Below, piece by piece: positions 25,239-37,626 of a stretch of DNA of 64,000 nucleotides. Every line of letters begins with the position of its first letter. The stretch's first letter is position 1. Position numbers and translations under genes: made by a program. Under the pieces are notes generated by a model. That model worked only from the letters and a program-made list of their open reading frames with translations, was not told the DNA's origin and made no database searches. Source of the DNA: Marsupella aquatica (lineage: Eukaryota; Plantae; Marchantiophyta); the NCBI GenBank assembly GCA_973895155.1, contig OZ316892.1:28358307-28422306 (forward strand). The letters run 5' to 3'.

Positions 25239-26489
25239 CCTCAAGTCAAGAAAACTGAACGGGGCAGATGCACAATATATGGGTGGGTATCAGCGAGGGT
25301 ATCAGCACAAATAAGGGGAGATTGAAGTTGCTAAAATGGGGACGGTCCACAATACTTGGCATTGGGTTTGAAAGTGGAGAGATCCCCACTATTCCCCTAA
25401 TATAACTCCTGTGAAGGTACCTCAACCCTAATTCACAAAGCCAGCCCCTCGTTGATCACCATCCATCTTCAGTGAACAAGGCTTTTGGTCTTATCCAGCT
25501 AGGTGCCAAGCTAGGTCCCCATTTGGAGCTATATATGGCTAATTAAATAATTCAATCTGAAAGCTGAACAAGAGAAGTTCCAAGCTAGAAAATGAAATGC
25601 GAGGCTAGTTCTTACAATTTACTTTCAATAACTTACAATAGATTGTATTGACGTACACATGCTATTATTTTGTGCAGTTTCCAGAAGCAATCGAGACTGA
25701 GGAACAATATATGAAGTATCTGAGCCAAATGAGCATGCCTGGTTTACAAATACCATTAGCATGCTATTTGTTCAGGAATCTTTCCATCCTCAGTAGCTTT
25801 GCTCAATTTGCTGCAGGATGATATACGGCCTGTCTGAACCACAGAAAGCTTGCAAACATTTCTCTCATGCATGGGGCTGGCACCGGTTCAGATAGATCTC
25901 TGGTGCATGCCTTAGATGTTGTAATCCAATGAACAATGGTCCATGAGCTTGGTGGACAATGAGTTTAGATGAATAGATAATTAGAGTTTTTACATGATTG
26001 TGGATTATTTCACTGTTTATGTGGCCATTCATGATCATCCAGACAAGATCGAACTGACCCACTTAAGGAATCAAAACTATTCATCAGTTTGAAATTGTCA
26101 ACATTGCTACGGGCTATTCATCAAAACAATACCAGTAATTATCTCCATTGATGGTTTCATCTTGTTTTGAATGCATTCTTGTTTTGTCAATTAACTTGAC
26201 CAGTTGGCTTATTCTCCCTCAAGAATTAGTTGATCTTCAGACCTTCAAAAGCGTCAACAGACTGGTTCAGATTTCAAAAGCCTAAACGTAAAGAAAGCAT
26301 AGTCAAATGATGGAGCTAGTAGATCAGATATCTGTGTCAGCTCAAAATATTACTGTTTTGATCAGGTCTGGAATTTTGAATTTGCAAATTCTACCGCTGT
26401 CCCAAATACTATGCATACCCAGTTACCATATAAATATATGTATATACTAGCTCAATACCTGGGCCTTGCACATAATATATTATTCCATG

Positions 26490-27088
26490 TAAAAGATGAT
26501 TGTGTTGGGGATCTACTTGAACAACATGACAATAATCAAAACCAGCATACAACAACAAATTAACATTGACAAAGAGAGTACGTGGTCTTTGGCCGTGAGA
26601 GGAGAATGAATAATTATGATCAAAACAAGTACATCCACCATAGCCTAGCTCCACAAGCTCGACAATGTCTTGATTTCTCTCACCCTCCACAGCCTTTGCA
26701 CACAAAGACTGAACCCTTAAATGTGAGCACACACTTGGGTTCCCCTTGGGTATATACCCCATCCTATTGTCTAAGTGAACCTGGAACTCAAATGAGTGCT
26801 ATCCTAGTTTGCTAAAGACTAGCCAGTACTATAGGAGTAATTATGCTATACTAGGTAGAGGCATAACCTAACAAAAGTCCTCTTGACTATAGTCCTCAAC
26901 TAACTACCTGGTACTGTTATTTCTAACTATCTATATGAATCTCCTTGGGAGGTTCTAGAAGGTAAAATCAATAAGTTTTCCCTCTATACCTGAGAGCTAA
27001 CTAGTACTAAGCAGTAGCTGACAAATTGTCAGATAGAGTAGTCATACATAGAAGTAAACTACTGACCAAGTACTAGCTCTTGTTAACA
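26490..27088 (-). mobile_element. Probable solo LTR / LTR relic; related partial copy in opposite orientation at ~36045-36280
   Basis: 26580-26765 is the reverse complement of 36045-36280, which carries the copia-LTR-like GTGGACGTAGCC..AACCCACG motif. Boundaries are approximate. Confidence 0.5.
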
Positions 27089-27579
27089 ACGCTTGAGATT
27101 TGCTAGGAAGGAAATCCAATCATTTATGCAAAAGCATCAAACTTCAACTTCATTCATGTTCAAAGATATCTCAGCAAAATGGGATGGTCTAAATAATCAT
27201 AAAATGCAAGAAAACATTCATGGTTGGGAGAATGCAGTACATATACTTATGCACCCGCTTATGGAACTACTTTCAGCCATTACTTGAAAGGATCTTAGTC
27301 GTGTTTTGGGAAACTGTTGTTGAAAAAAAAGGGAATTGTGAATGCCATCTAGACAATCATTGAAAGCAGCAAAAATAGAGATAACAGAGTAAAGACATAG
27401 ACTAAGAAACAAAGTTTCTGGGATTTCACAAGTTACTTAGGAGACAACAAGTAGAAGCAATTGTTCTTGTGAGTCCCAATTTGAAATTAGCAATTATAAA
27501 AAAATAATGTAGAACTGGTTATCGATGAGAGCCAGTCTATTCAATTTCTCAAGGAGATTTAATTACTATAAGTAATAAA

Positions 27580-28345
27580 CATCTCCCATGGAAACAAATG
27601 GCGTTGTCAACAATGAGCAGATCACCAACCGCGGCATGATCCTTAAAAAATATCTTGCAATCTGTCATATCCAAAAAATCCTCCACTCAAATGGAGGAAT
27701 AGACCTGTCCAAATTCAGACATCAATGTAGACTCTGATTCACCTAAGTAAGTGATAAAATGCTTGCCAAAGTGTGTGGTTATCGCTCAAATGTTTGACAA
27801 TTTCATCTGAAGGCACAATTGCCATAAGTGTTTGAAACATTCTGATTGAAGAAAGTGACAAAAAAAAACACAAAGATATTATGTGAATACTCAGGAAGAT
27901 TTTGTAATCTATTGGGATTTGTTGAAATCTTCCTGAGTATTCATATTCCTTTGTGTTTTTTTGGTCACTTCTACAAATCAAAATATTTCAAACACCCATG
28001 GCAAGTGTGTCTTCAGATGAAATTGCCAAACTAAAACACTCATGGCAAGTGTCTTTAGATAAAAACAAGACGCCCACCACTATGCCCTGCCCACACCACA
28101 CCCCTTGTGTGTGGAGGGGGGAATTGAACCTTGCCAAACGTTTTGGCAATAACCAGACACTTCTGCAAGCATTTTATTACTCTGGTGAATCAGAGTACAT
28201 CGATGTATGAGTTCGGACAAGTATATTCCTCCATTTGAGTGAAGTATTAGTCGGATAAGATAGGTTGGGGGATATTTTAAAGGATCATGCCACACTCAGT
28301 GATCTGGTCATTGTTGACAACGCCAATGTTGTTTCCTGCCGAGAG
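27580..28345. repeat. Long inverted repeat (arms ~320 bp, loop ~20 bp) made from the 5' end of a SET pseudogene
   Basis: GAATACTCAGGAAGATTT (27885-27902) pairs with AAATCTTCCTGAGTATTC (27925-27942). GGCGTTGTCAACAATGAGCAGATCAC (27600) pairs with GTGATCTGGTCATTGTTGACAACGCC (28299). The right arm has a ~107-bp insertion. Confidence 0.88.
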
Positions 28346-29335
28346 TACATGTCCCATGAAGATTGCTTGCAGCCATGTACTTGCATACCTCATAAAGTCA
28401 AGGAGGATCTCACCAACAAGCTCCAACATTCTCTCGCCCGCCTAAATGGAACAGATTGTGGAGAAAATCACAAGCCTGTACGTATTCCTCATAATCTATG
28501 CCATAACTGGTTCTGCTGTCGACAAGGCTCCGCAATGTCCGAAAATTCAATTTCTTGTTGTTGACTTGTTGGAGTCGACCTCACTCGTCGTCAAGGATTA
28601 TGGACAAGTGGTTCAAATTTAAGGAGCATAATTTTGGCTAATTATTCTTATGAGTGTTGTTTTAGATTACAAGTAGGATTACAAGCCCTGAATTATTTGC
28701 TACTGTTTTCTTGAGCAAAATCCCGTCATATCCTGAAGAGATAGTGGGGGCAAGCTCGTCGTCACACTCACACGGACCTGATGACCATGGCTTTTGAAGT
28801 ACATGTTGCCAACAATACAATCTACACGGTGAGGAGGTTAACCTAGGACTATCCGTGGCAGGTGGAAACGCTTGAGTGGTGGAGAGTGTGGCTACTACTG
28901 TCCTTTGTGAAACATTCATGTGCACACAACTGCCATCAAAGGTGAGTCAGGCAGACGATGTTGATTTGCGCTGCCACAGACATTGCGCCCGGGCTAGTAA
29001 AGAGCTTGCTGTTCCATATTTTGACATATTTCAGCCAATAGCTGTCCGTGATGCATATTGTAAAAAGTTTGGCTTCAGATGCGATTCCAAATGTGGATGC
29101 TTTGTAAATATAGCGAGTAAGGAATGGCTGGTTGGGAGACTAATTAACTGTTGTATTGTCCAGAGCTTTCAGGTGTGTGTTGTCGATGTACATTCGAGTG
29201 CTCACTTAAAACGCCTTACAACAATATTCAGATGAAAATAGTAGAACTGAAAATGCAGCTGCAGACTGAGTGGACAGGTAATACGATAGCTGGAGACAAT
29301 GTCAACACGTTTTTACAAGTACTGACAGACTTGAT
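28150..29335 (+). pseudogene. SET-domain pseudogene (copy 1), frameshifted and 3' truncated
   Basis: DLVIVDNA, WWRVWLLLSFVKHSCAHNCH, ELAVPYFDIFQP..FGFR, IQMKIVELKMQLQTEWT; collinear with 51543-53473. Confidence 0.85.
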
Positions 29336-29489
29336 AACTGTATTGACCAAATGTATTCGCACTTCTGTTGAGTTAAACAAAATACCGCACATTTTACTTC
29401 AGCCTACAATATTTGGTCACTGCAGCTGTCAAGCTTACAAGTTGTTGAAGTAACATGTGCAGTATTTTGTCCAACTCAATAAAAGTGCC

Positions 29490-29940
29490 AATACATTCAA
29501 TCACTGTAGTTGTAAAGTCTGCAAGTAGCTACTGTAGCTAATGTAGTAGAGTGTTGATCGTTGTCCCTAGCTGTGATATTGCTTGTCCAGTTGGTGTGTC
29601 TGCTCTCTTCACCACTCCTCGCTCTAAGTTTACATTCAGTCTTGTCCAGTTGGTGCATTTGCTCTCTTGACCACTCCTCGCTCTAAGTTTACATTCAGTC
29701 ACTCTAGTTGTCAAGTCTACAAGTAGCTACTGTAGTAAAGTATTGTCCTCAGCTGTGGCATTGCTTGTCTAGTTGGTGCATCTGCTCTCTTCACTCCTCA
29801 CTCTAAGTTTACATTCAGTCACTGTAGTTGTAAAGTCTGCAAGTAGTAGCTGCTGTGGTAAAGTATTGTCCCCAGCTGTGGCATTGCTTGTCCAGTTGGT
29901 GCATCTGCTCTCTTCACCACTCCTCGCTCTAAGTTTCTTG
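29490..29940. repeat. ~120-bp tandem repeat, about 3.5 copies, at the SET pseudogene truncation
   Basis: Repeated TTGTCCAGTTGGTGCATCTGCTCTCTTCACCACTCCTCGCTCTAAGTTTACATTCAGTC. Confidence 0.88.
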
Positions 29941-30333
29941 TGAGGGAGATGAAGGAGGCTAAAATTATCTTCAATGTCACTAACAATTCAACAAGCCCGG
30001 AGCATAGAAAAAAATTCAAGGAAACGGCTATCAAAGAACTCTAAAAGCTTGAACTCTCGGATCATTTTTCACATCGTAACAGATTGAGCCTTAACACATT
30101 GTCTAAATGCTATAAAGCAACGTCATAAATAAAAGCACAGAGGCGCACAGTGAAATCGAACAAGAGATAAAAGCTTAGTGAAATAAAATGTCAACAATTG
30201 ATCACCTTGGAGTGTATTGCAGATCCCGTCCCTTCACAGAAACAGATACAACTTCAGACAACCATTTTCATTTCAATCACATAAACTTTAGACAGCAATG
30301 AAAAGTTGAAAGCGCAGATATGGTAAGAGAATG

Positions 30334-30790
30334 CATCGAGCTGAAGGGCGCTCTATACTTATGTTCTCCTTAGCAATCATCCGACGACACCGAGACCGAG
30401 AGCTATTACTTCACAAATTGAACAATGGACATCGAGCTGAAGGGCGCTCTATACTTATGTTCTCCTTAGCAATCATCGAACGACACCGAGACCGAGAGCT
30501 ATTACTTCACAAATTGAACAATGGACATTGAGGCAGAAGGGATGCACGGGAGGACGCCAGCTTTGAAGCATCCGCCATGGAGTACAAAGGGACCACACCA
30601 CCTCGCGGGGAGGACGACAGCTTTGAAGCATCCACCATGGAGGACGAAGGGATCACACCACCTCGCGGGAGGACGACAGCTTTGAAGCATCCACCATGGA
30701 GGACGAAAGGACCACACCACCTCGCGGGAGGACGACAACTTTGAAGCATCCCCCATGGAGGACGAAGGGACCACGCCACTGGCAGGACGC
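30334..30790. repeat. 96-bp tandem duplication followed by a ~59-bp x4 tandem repeat
   Basis: 30334-30429 nearly identical to 30430-30525, then GGGAGGACGACAGCTTTGAAGCATCCACCATGGAGGACGAAGGGACCACACCACCTCGC repeated. Confidence 0.9.
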
Positions 30791-33269
30791 TTTTTCTGGA
30801 CATTTTGCAGAAAATCTCAAATCCCTTACGTGAAATTGATGAAGAGATTGACAGGAAGGGACGCGAGTACAGGATGCAACGTTGGCAAGGTACTTGGCAG
30901 GACAATGGGGCCGGGGCAGCAGAGGACGGTAGGCTCGGGCAGCAGAGTACAGAATGAAAGGACCCCGGGCGCAGGGCGTTGTGGTTTAGCGTTTCGAATC
31001 CAAGTTAGTGTCCACCTCACCACCAAACCTCGTGCTTTTCGCTGTTGGGACGTTCATTCAGGCCTTCGGGAGATTCCTTCAATCTGAGTCGCACTTAGCT
31101 CTGCGTGTCCTCACCGAATCTGCCAACGACATTAGAAGCTCTCATGCGCTGAGAGCCAATTCGAGCTTGAACTGTAGGAAGGAGATGTTGAAATTCGTCA
31201 ACAAAAGCAGTGCCAGATCTACAATCTTGAATAGAGATGGGGGGAGAAACAATTCGAGCTCTGGTTGTGAGACCGTGCTGACGCTGCAGGGCCTCTATCA
31301 AGAAAAGCCCACGCTGCCATTCGTTCCCGGGGGCGATGAGAGTGAAGGTGGGTAACCGCGTTTGTGGTTTCGTCAATTATGGGAGCTTCGCTTACGAGTT
31401 GTTGCCGAGCAACAGAAACTGTACTGTCCCCTCTCTATCCTTCTCTCTTATTTCCGCTGTCAGCAAATCGGCTAATTGTGTGAATCGTATGGTCATTCCC
31501 TGGACTCTACTGTAGATGTCCATGAAGTATGGATTTCTTTCAATTCGGAGCTACTTATGTACCAGAAAAGTCTGAATGAACATATCCCTTGGCAAAACCG
31601 CAATTCGTTGGAATCATTGAGCGACTTTCTGGTACGTTTAAGAAGCCAGTTCTTTCTGAGATGCCAGACCAAACCTTGGCCTTTCCGTAGAGGGATATAA
31701 TTCTAGTCCGGTGGGTGGGAACAGCACAAGAAGAGCTCGGAGTTGCTGAAATGGTGGTGTGTACAAATACTTGTCATCGGTTTTGCAAGTGGAGAGATTC
31801 CCAGTATTCCAGCTAACACAACTCTTGTGAAGGTACCTAATCTTACTAGCCTTTACTGCGATTACTAGGATATCTCCAACACTGCTCAGATTAATTTTGA
31901 GCTTAGTACACGTGACTCTATACTCCATATGTGCGAATCTGAATCAGTAATGTAATAGCTGGAAAGTCATGCTGTGAAGCTTCTAAGACTTTTCTCATTT
32001 GAACGAAGCGTTCAGCTTCTCTGATTGGGCATCATGTTTGGCTGTGTAAAGGTTTTCTTCCGCCCTAATAAATTGAAGTATGCGCGGTTAGAGTGGAGGA
32101 TCTAGGCAACCGATAACAAATGTCATTGAGCCTTACCGCTTTTGTTTTGATCTGTTTGTATTGTGGCCGAACTGGACAGTCCATGGGCTATCTAGTGCAC
32201 CAACCTCAAGTGATGGAGGATGCTTTCAAGCAGCTGCTGAGATGACTAGCTGAGGGGAAATGGACACAAGTACCCTCTGTCACAGGTGGGCAACATCAAC
32301 AGTTTTTTTATTTGATTTTCATTCGTACAATTGCTCGGAAAAAAAAGGGGTTGCTGATGCTGTGTCGATCAATTTGTAAGGTTTGTGTAGGCAAATCTTG
32401 CATTTGAAGCAGTGATGGGTCGCAAAGTCATTGGGAACAGTTGTTGGGCCTCAAGAACTCCTTGAGAAGATTCCTGTCGAATCGGGGAATCAAAAATTTA
32501 CTTGATCTCACCACTCCAGGGGATTGTGTGCCCGAGGAGGAGCTCAGTCAACAAGTACGAAGTACTCCGTTAGTTGGGAACGTGGAGTTCAGGATTGGAG
32601 GGCTTTGAACAGGTTGAAATGTGGGGCATTCGTGGGATTAGAAACGGGTGTTGGTGGGAAAGAAAAGGCAGCCGAATCGTGTGCCAAACGAAATTATTTC
32701 CTGGCAAGAGGTATGTTTTGCGTAAAGTCCCGAGACTAGCTTGTCGGAGATTCAAGGTACAGAGCTGGCCGAGATGCAACCTTTCTTTGCTTCCTTGACT
32801 CCCGTCTTGATCAAGTTTTCGCTGAGCTCTGTCGCGGTTGCAGTGGTCCTTTAGCGGTTCTGCGCTTGGACGGTCATTGAAGGCTCGTGTAAGCTGAAGG
32901 ATTCACGCGCAGACTTGGATGTAAGTAGGGGACGTTTCGAGGGACGTTTGCAATTTGAAGTATGCACGCACATGACATCACTAGCATGTCATCAACTTGT
33001 GCTCAGGTCTGCCAATTGTATCGCTCGTGTGACTCTTCTTAGTCTAACTTGAGCTAACTGGTTTATTCTTGTCAAGAATTGGTCGATCTTCAGACGGTGT
33101 AAAGTCAGTTGATCGACTTTACAACCTTCAAATGCCTCAATGGACCCGCGCCGCAACTTGCTCCAGGATTCGGTTCGAATTTGAAACTTAGGTTCAACGT
33201 ACAGTAAGCAGGTATCAATGTCGGCTCAAGGTATTGTCGTTGCAATTTTTGCCTCAATGGACCCGCGTT

Positions 33270-35750
33270 TGGATTTTTGAAATACGTTGCTGCATCATTC
33301 GAATTAGTCGGTTGACGCATGATTGTTTGAGGCTGTCCGTTGAACCATTTAAAGAAAAAATTGATCAACTCGCATCAAATGTTAGTATCGGTAAGTACTC
33401 ATAGAAGATTCACAGCAAGATAGAGACCAATCAATTCTATAAGGATCATTCTACACAGGTCTTGATCTCTTTAATGGCGGAAGTTTCTTATTTAACACAC
33501 ATGACGGACGCAATGTGGAGGGCGTGACTGCTGAAAGTGAAGTGTTCATCGAGCAACCTCAGCGCTGCAGGGAACTTGTATTGCTTTCCCCTTTGACAAG
33601 CACTGGCGTACCTGTTGTTGTCTTCAGTCATCCTACCCGTTATTAATCGTAAGTTGTCAGTCTCTTGAGCACAATCTCTCTCAGCCAACAGCCTGCCTTG
33701 CCTCCTTGGCATGAAGTTATATCTCAAGCATGCGGCTATGTCTCGAATAAGAGGTGAGTGGACATAAACCTTTCATTGCCCGTTTCATTGAATGTCCTGA
33801 AAGTGAAGTGTTCATCGAGCGGGCTCAGCGTTGCAAGTGTGCATTGTGATTGAACAACAGTGAACTAGCATTGCTTTCCACTTTGACAAGCACTTGCGTC
33901 CTAATTCGTGGGTAATAGTAAGTTGCCTCTGCAAATTCAATTTCTCGTTGGAGTCCATGTACCTCGCTGCACTTGACGTCCGTCAAGGAACCAATTACGG
34001 ACAAGTGGTTTGACTTTAAGGAGCGCAAGTTTGGCTAACCAGTCTTCATGTTATTCCAGGATACGAGCCCTACATCATTTGCCAACGAGTGTTTCAATGT
34101 TTTATGTAGCTTTTTTTGTATATCCGCAGTAAAGGTTTTAATTATCCTAGAAATTGTTGATCTCCATCATTCTCTGTTACATTCTCTGTTACATAATGTA
34201 TGGGTGTGATTTGTTGTACCCAATCCGAGCATCAAATTTGGATATTGCCTTCGATCCAAACCAGGCCAGCGATGAAAGTAAAATATCTTCAGTGGCTCCA
34301 GGTTGTCTTCAAGAAACGTCTCAACTTCGAGAAGCTGACATCAGAAAGCAATCCGATTAGTCAATGTTGGATTCCCCGTCGATCTTCTTTATCCACATTG
34401 CATTTCAAATCTTCTACGTACAAGGACACCATCAGACCTAAAGAGTGCAGAAAAATGGTAACCCGATAGTTGAGTAGCTAATCGTTGGTCCACTGGTCGG
34501 GAAGCCTCTATTAATTTGGTCAAAACTTTCATTACTGCTGCTGGAACCACGGACATTAGATCTAGGCTGATTGTTGTGTCTAGTCTTTTCTAGTGTCCAG
34601 TCAGATGCTATCAAGTGTCCAAGGATATACTTGCTTCTATATTAAATATAGGTACAACCGTAATGACATACTTATTGCAGTGTAAAGTATAAAGCCCCTT
34701 CATGAGAAAGAAATTGGTACGAGAGCTCTTCTGGCTTGGAGAAACGGAATTTCCTTTATCCTGATTTAAGTTTCTTTTTTCCTCCATTCTTTTTTTCTCC
34801 TTTTCAAAATTGTGTTGGGGGGAAGAAAAGGGCTAGGGGAGGGAGGGAGTGAGAGAAAAAAGAGAGAAAGGAAATGTGCTGGGGAGGAGAAAAGGAAAAA
34901 CAGGAGAGGGGAAAAAATGGAGAAAAAACTATCTCCCTCCGCATAGCGACCACACTTGGGCCCCACGACGCCCCAGCTGCCATAGCCCATCTTGCAGTCA
35001 TCAAAAGACAGAAGTGTTTTATGGTAGGTAAAGCGCAGCAAATATTCTATCCCTTGGAAGAAAGAGTCGGAAGGAGCAAATATACAAGATGGTGCTTCTA
35101 TGACCCTTCCAAGTAGTTGTCGCAATGCTTTAGGGAGCTTGCAGCACATGGTGAACAAAATACAAAAGTGCCTTACCATAGATACAGCACAATAAATATA
35201 CAAAGATAATGTCCAACCTGTGCTTTAAGGTTTGCATACAGATTCCCAGTAAGCACTGGAACTGAATTGAACCCTACCAATGTTTGCAGTTTGCAAGTTG
35301 CAGTACGTAGGAAAGCACCTCCATGCCGCAGTCCGAATTGAGAAATCACTCGAGGTGGAGAACAATTATCAGCTCACCTGAACTTCAGGTGATCGCAGCA
35401 GTACAGAATTGGTACGATTGCAGAGCCTAATCCCGAGAATTCACAGCGAAAGCCATAATCTTTGGACCCGCCCTGGCTGTGCCGACCTCCTTTCCTCGTT
35501 TGAGAGCCCATGTAGTGCACAAGGAGAATGGGCAAGATCTACACAGTATAATATCCGATCTCGCCCATACTCCTTAGTGCCCCGATTTATCATCGTGGCG
35601 TGTCTTTTCCCGAATGGCTATCTTGGCGGGAAGGAATCATCTTTGGCGGATCTTTTTTCGAATTGTCATCTTGGGAAAGGGGAAGAAATCCAGGCCATTT
35701 TCTGAAGTTTACTTTTTTTTAGCACCTTTCGATTGGCCCAAACACATCTC
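33270..35750. pseudogene. Cassette relic: SET and F-box flanking sequence with both coding regions deleted
   Basis: Matches 41050-41760 and 42250-42355, then joins 44138 at ~34088. Matches 36680-37082, then joins 39017 at ~35275. Confidence 0.8.
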
Positions 35751-36343
35751 CCGGTGTCTCGTTAGCGGTTGTCATATTCGCGGGAGGAATCCCTGGCTAT
35801 TTGCTAACTTTGGTTTTTGGTCACCATTCAATTGGCCAAAAACACCTCCCCGTGTCTTACTGCATGAGATATACTGGAGCACCACTACTCCAAGCGTTGA
35901 GGGACAAAATTGCAATAGTTTACTCTGGCTTGAATTGAAATTTTAGGTTATGCCTCTAGTATAACCTATTAACTTCCATAGAATTAGTTAGAATTTAGCA
36001 GATTAGGATAGCACTCATTTGATTTCCAAGCTCCCATAGACCATGGGATGGGGTACACACATGGGGAACCCAAATGTGTGCTCCTCACATTTGAAAGTTC
36101 AGTCTTCTATGTGCAGAGGTTGGAGGGTTAGAGAGATCAGGTCATAGGGAAGTTTGGAGGGTTACAGAGATCAGGTCATAGTGGAGATTGTGGAGCTAGG
36201 GTGTGGTGGATGTATTATTATATTCATATTAATTCTTTTCTCACGGCTGTGGACGTAGCCCAAACAGGGTTAAACCCACGATGCCCCAGCTGCCATAGCT
36301 CATCTTGTAATCATCAAAAGACAAAAGTGTTTTATGGTAGGCA

Positions 36344-36683
36344 TGTTGAAAAGTTCAGGGACATATGGTGTTGATATTTGTGGCCGTCATCATGCTAAAC
36401 TCTTTAAGTAGCCGCTACATAGATGTAATTAATTTACCGTTCAATTAGTCATTTAGTATATTGGTAGATTGACCTAGTTACTTATGGTTGCCCATTAGTT
36501 ACTTAAGTCAAAATCTGTTTAGGATGTTCATCGTCCGTTGGCACTTGTCGCTCCTGCCTGGCAATCCCAGGGCCTACGTGGCCTCCAAGTCATCCTCTCC
36601 CAGGTGCTCAACGGACCTGTGCTCACTGCGTATATTACACCTCCCCTTCGTGGGTTAATCAAGCTTATTCAGAAATTTCTACA
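36344..36683. mobile_element. Solo LTR, 340 bp, with 5-bp TSD AGGCA
   Basis: TGTTGAAA...TTTCTACA termini; AGGCA at 36339-36343 and 36684-36688; empty paralogous site at ~35026. Confidence 0.85.
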
Positions 36684-37626
36684 AGGCAAAGCACAGCAAA
36701 TATTCTATCCCTCAAGGAGGACCCGCAATGATCCAATATACAAGAGGGTGCTTCTATCCCTTGGAAGCCAGAGTTAAAAGGGAGCAAATGTACAAGATGG
36801 TGCTTCTATGATCCTTCCAAGTAGTTGCCGCAATGCTTTAGTGAGCTTACAGCACAGGTGAACAAAATACAAAAGTGCCTTACCATAGATAAAGCACAAT
36901 AAATATACATAGATAATGTCCAACTTGGCTTTAAGGTTTGTACACAGATTCCACTAAAAATCACATCTAGAGAAAGTGTTTTTACTCAAAACAACAGTAC
37001 CTTCACGTAAATCCATTCAAGATTATAAGAGCATTGTACTAGTGGGGAGGGGAAGACAGTAAGCACTGTAACTGAAATGAACAACAATTAAACTGAAATG
37101 AGGAACTTGTTGCTCACTACATTCCATTATTTTGCTGGTTGACATCCTTCAAAATATAATTCCAAACTGCAGATCAAGTATCCAAATTGAATAATGGGTT
37201 GGCATAGAATTCTGTGATTGAAATCCCATTGCCACCACTTCTAGCTCATGCATGTGAGGACATCTCCACGACCCACCAAGGAAATCTCATTGCATAGCTA
37301 GTATACAAAGAAATGCTCCAATTCAAGACACCATTCAAGTAAGCCATTGATTGTTTACTCACGACGTTGAGGCTACGATTACCCCAACATAATCGCTGCC
37401 ACTAATTTCCATCGTGACAAGACGTTTCCACCTTAATATGGCGAGAAAAGTTCCCAATCAACTAAACCTCTTTCAATCGAGTGATCTCACTGTTCAAGCG
37501 GTCAACCCTGAGACTCAGCCAGGTGTAGAAAAAAGAGCACATCCCAATTGTACATCTACCTGGTTCCACTAGCCGCTCATAGGATGCTCTCATTACGTAC
37601 TCTGGAATACTATGGGCGACTAGAAA

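Noticed and set aside
25560-26000. Possible Cys-rich exon relic
   Set aside because: Stops in the frames examined and no recognisable family.
30546-30790. CRISPR-like regular repeats
   Set aside because: Head-to-tail units without unique spacers, eukaryotic context, no cas genes.
30755-32800. Short ORFs with coding-like composition (31008-31355, 32524-32798)
   Set aside because: No recognisable motifs or consistent splice model.
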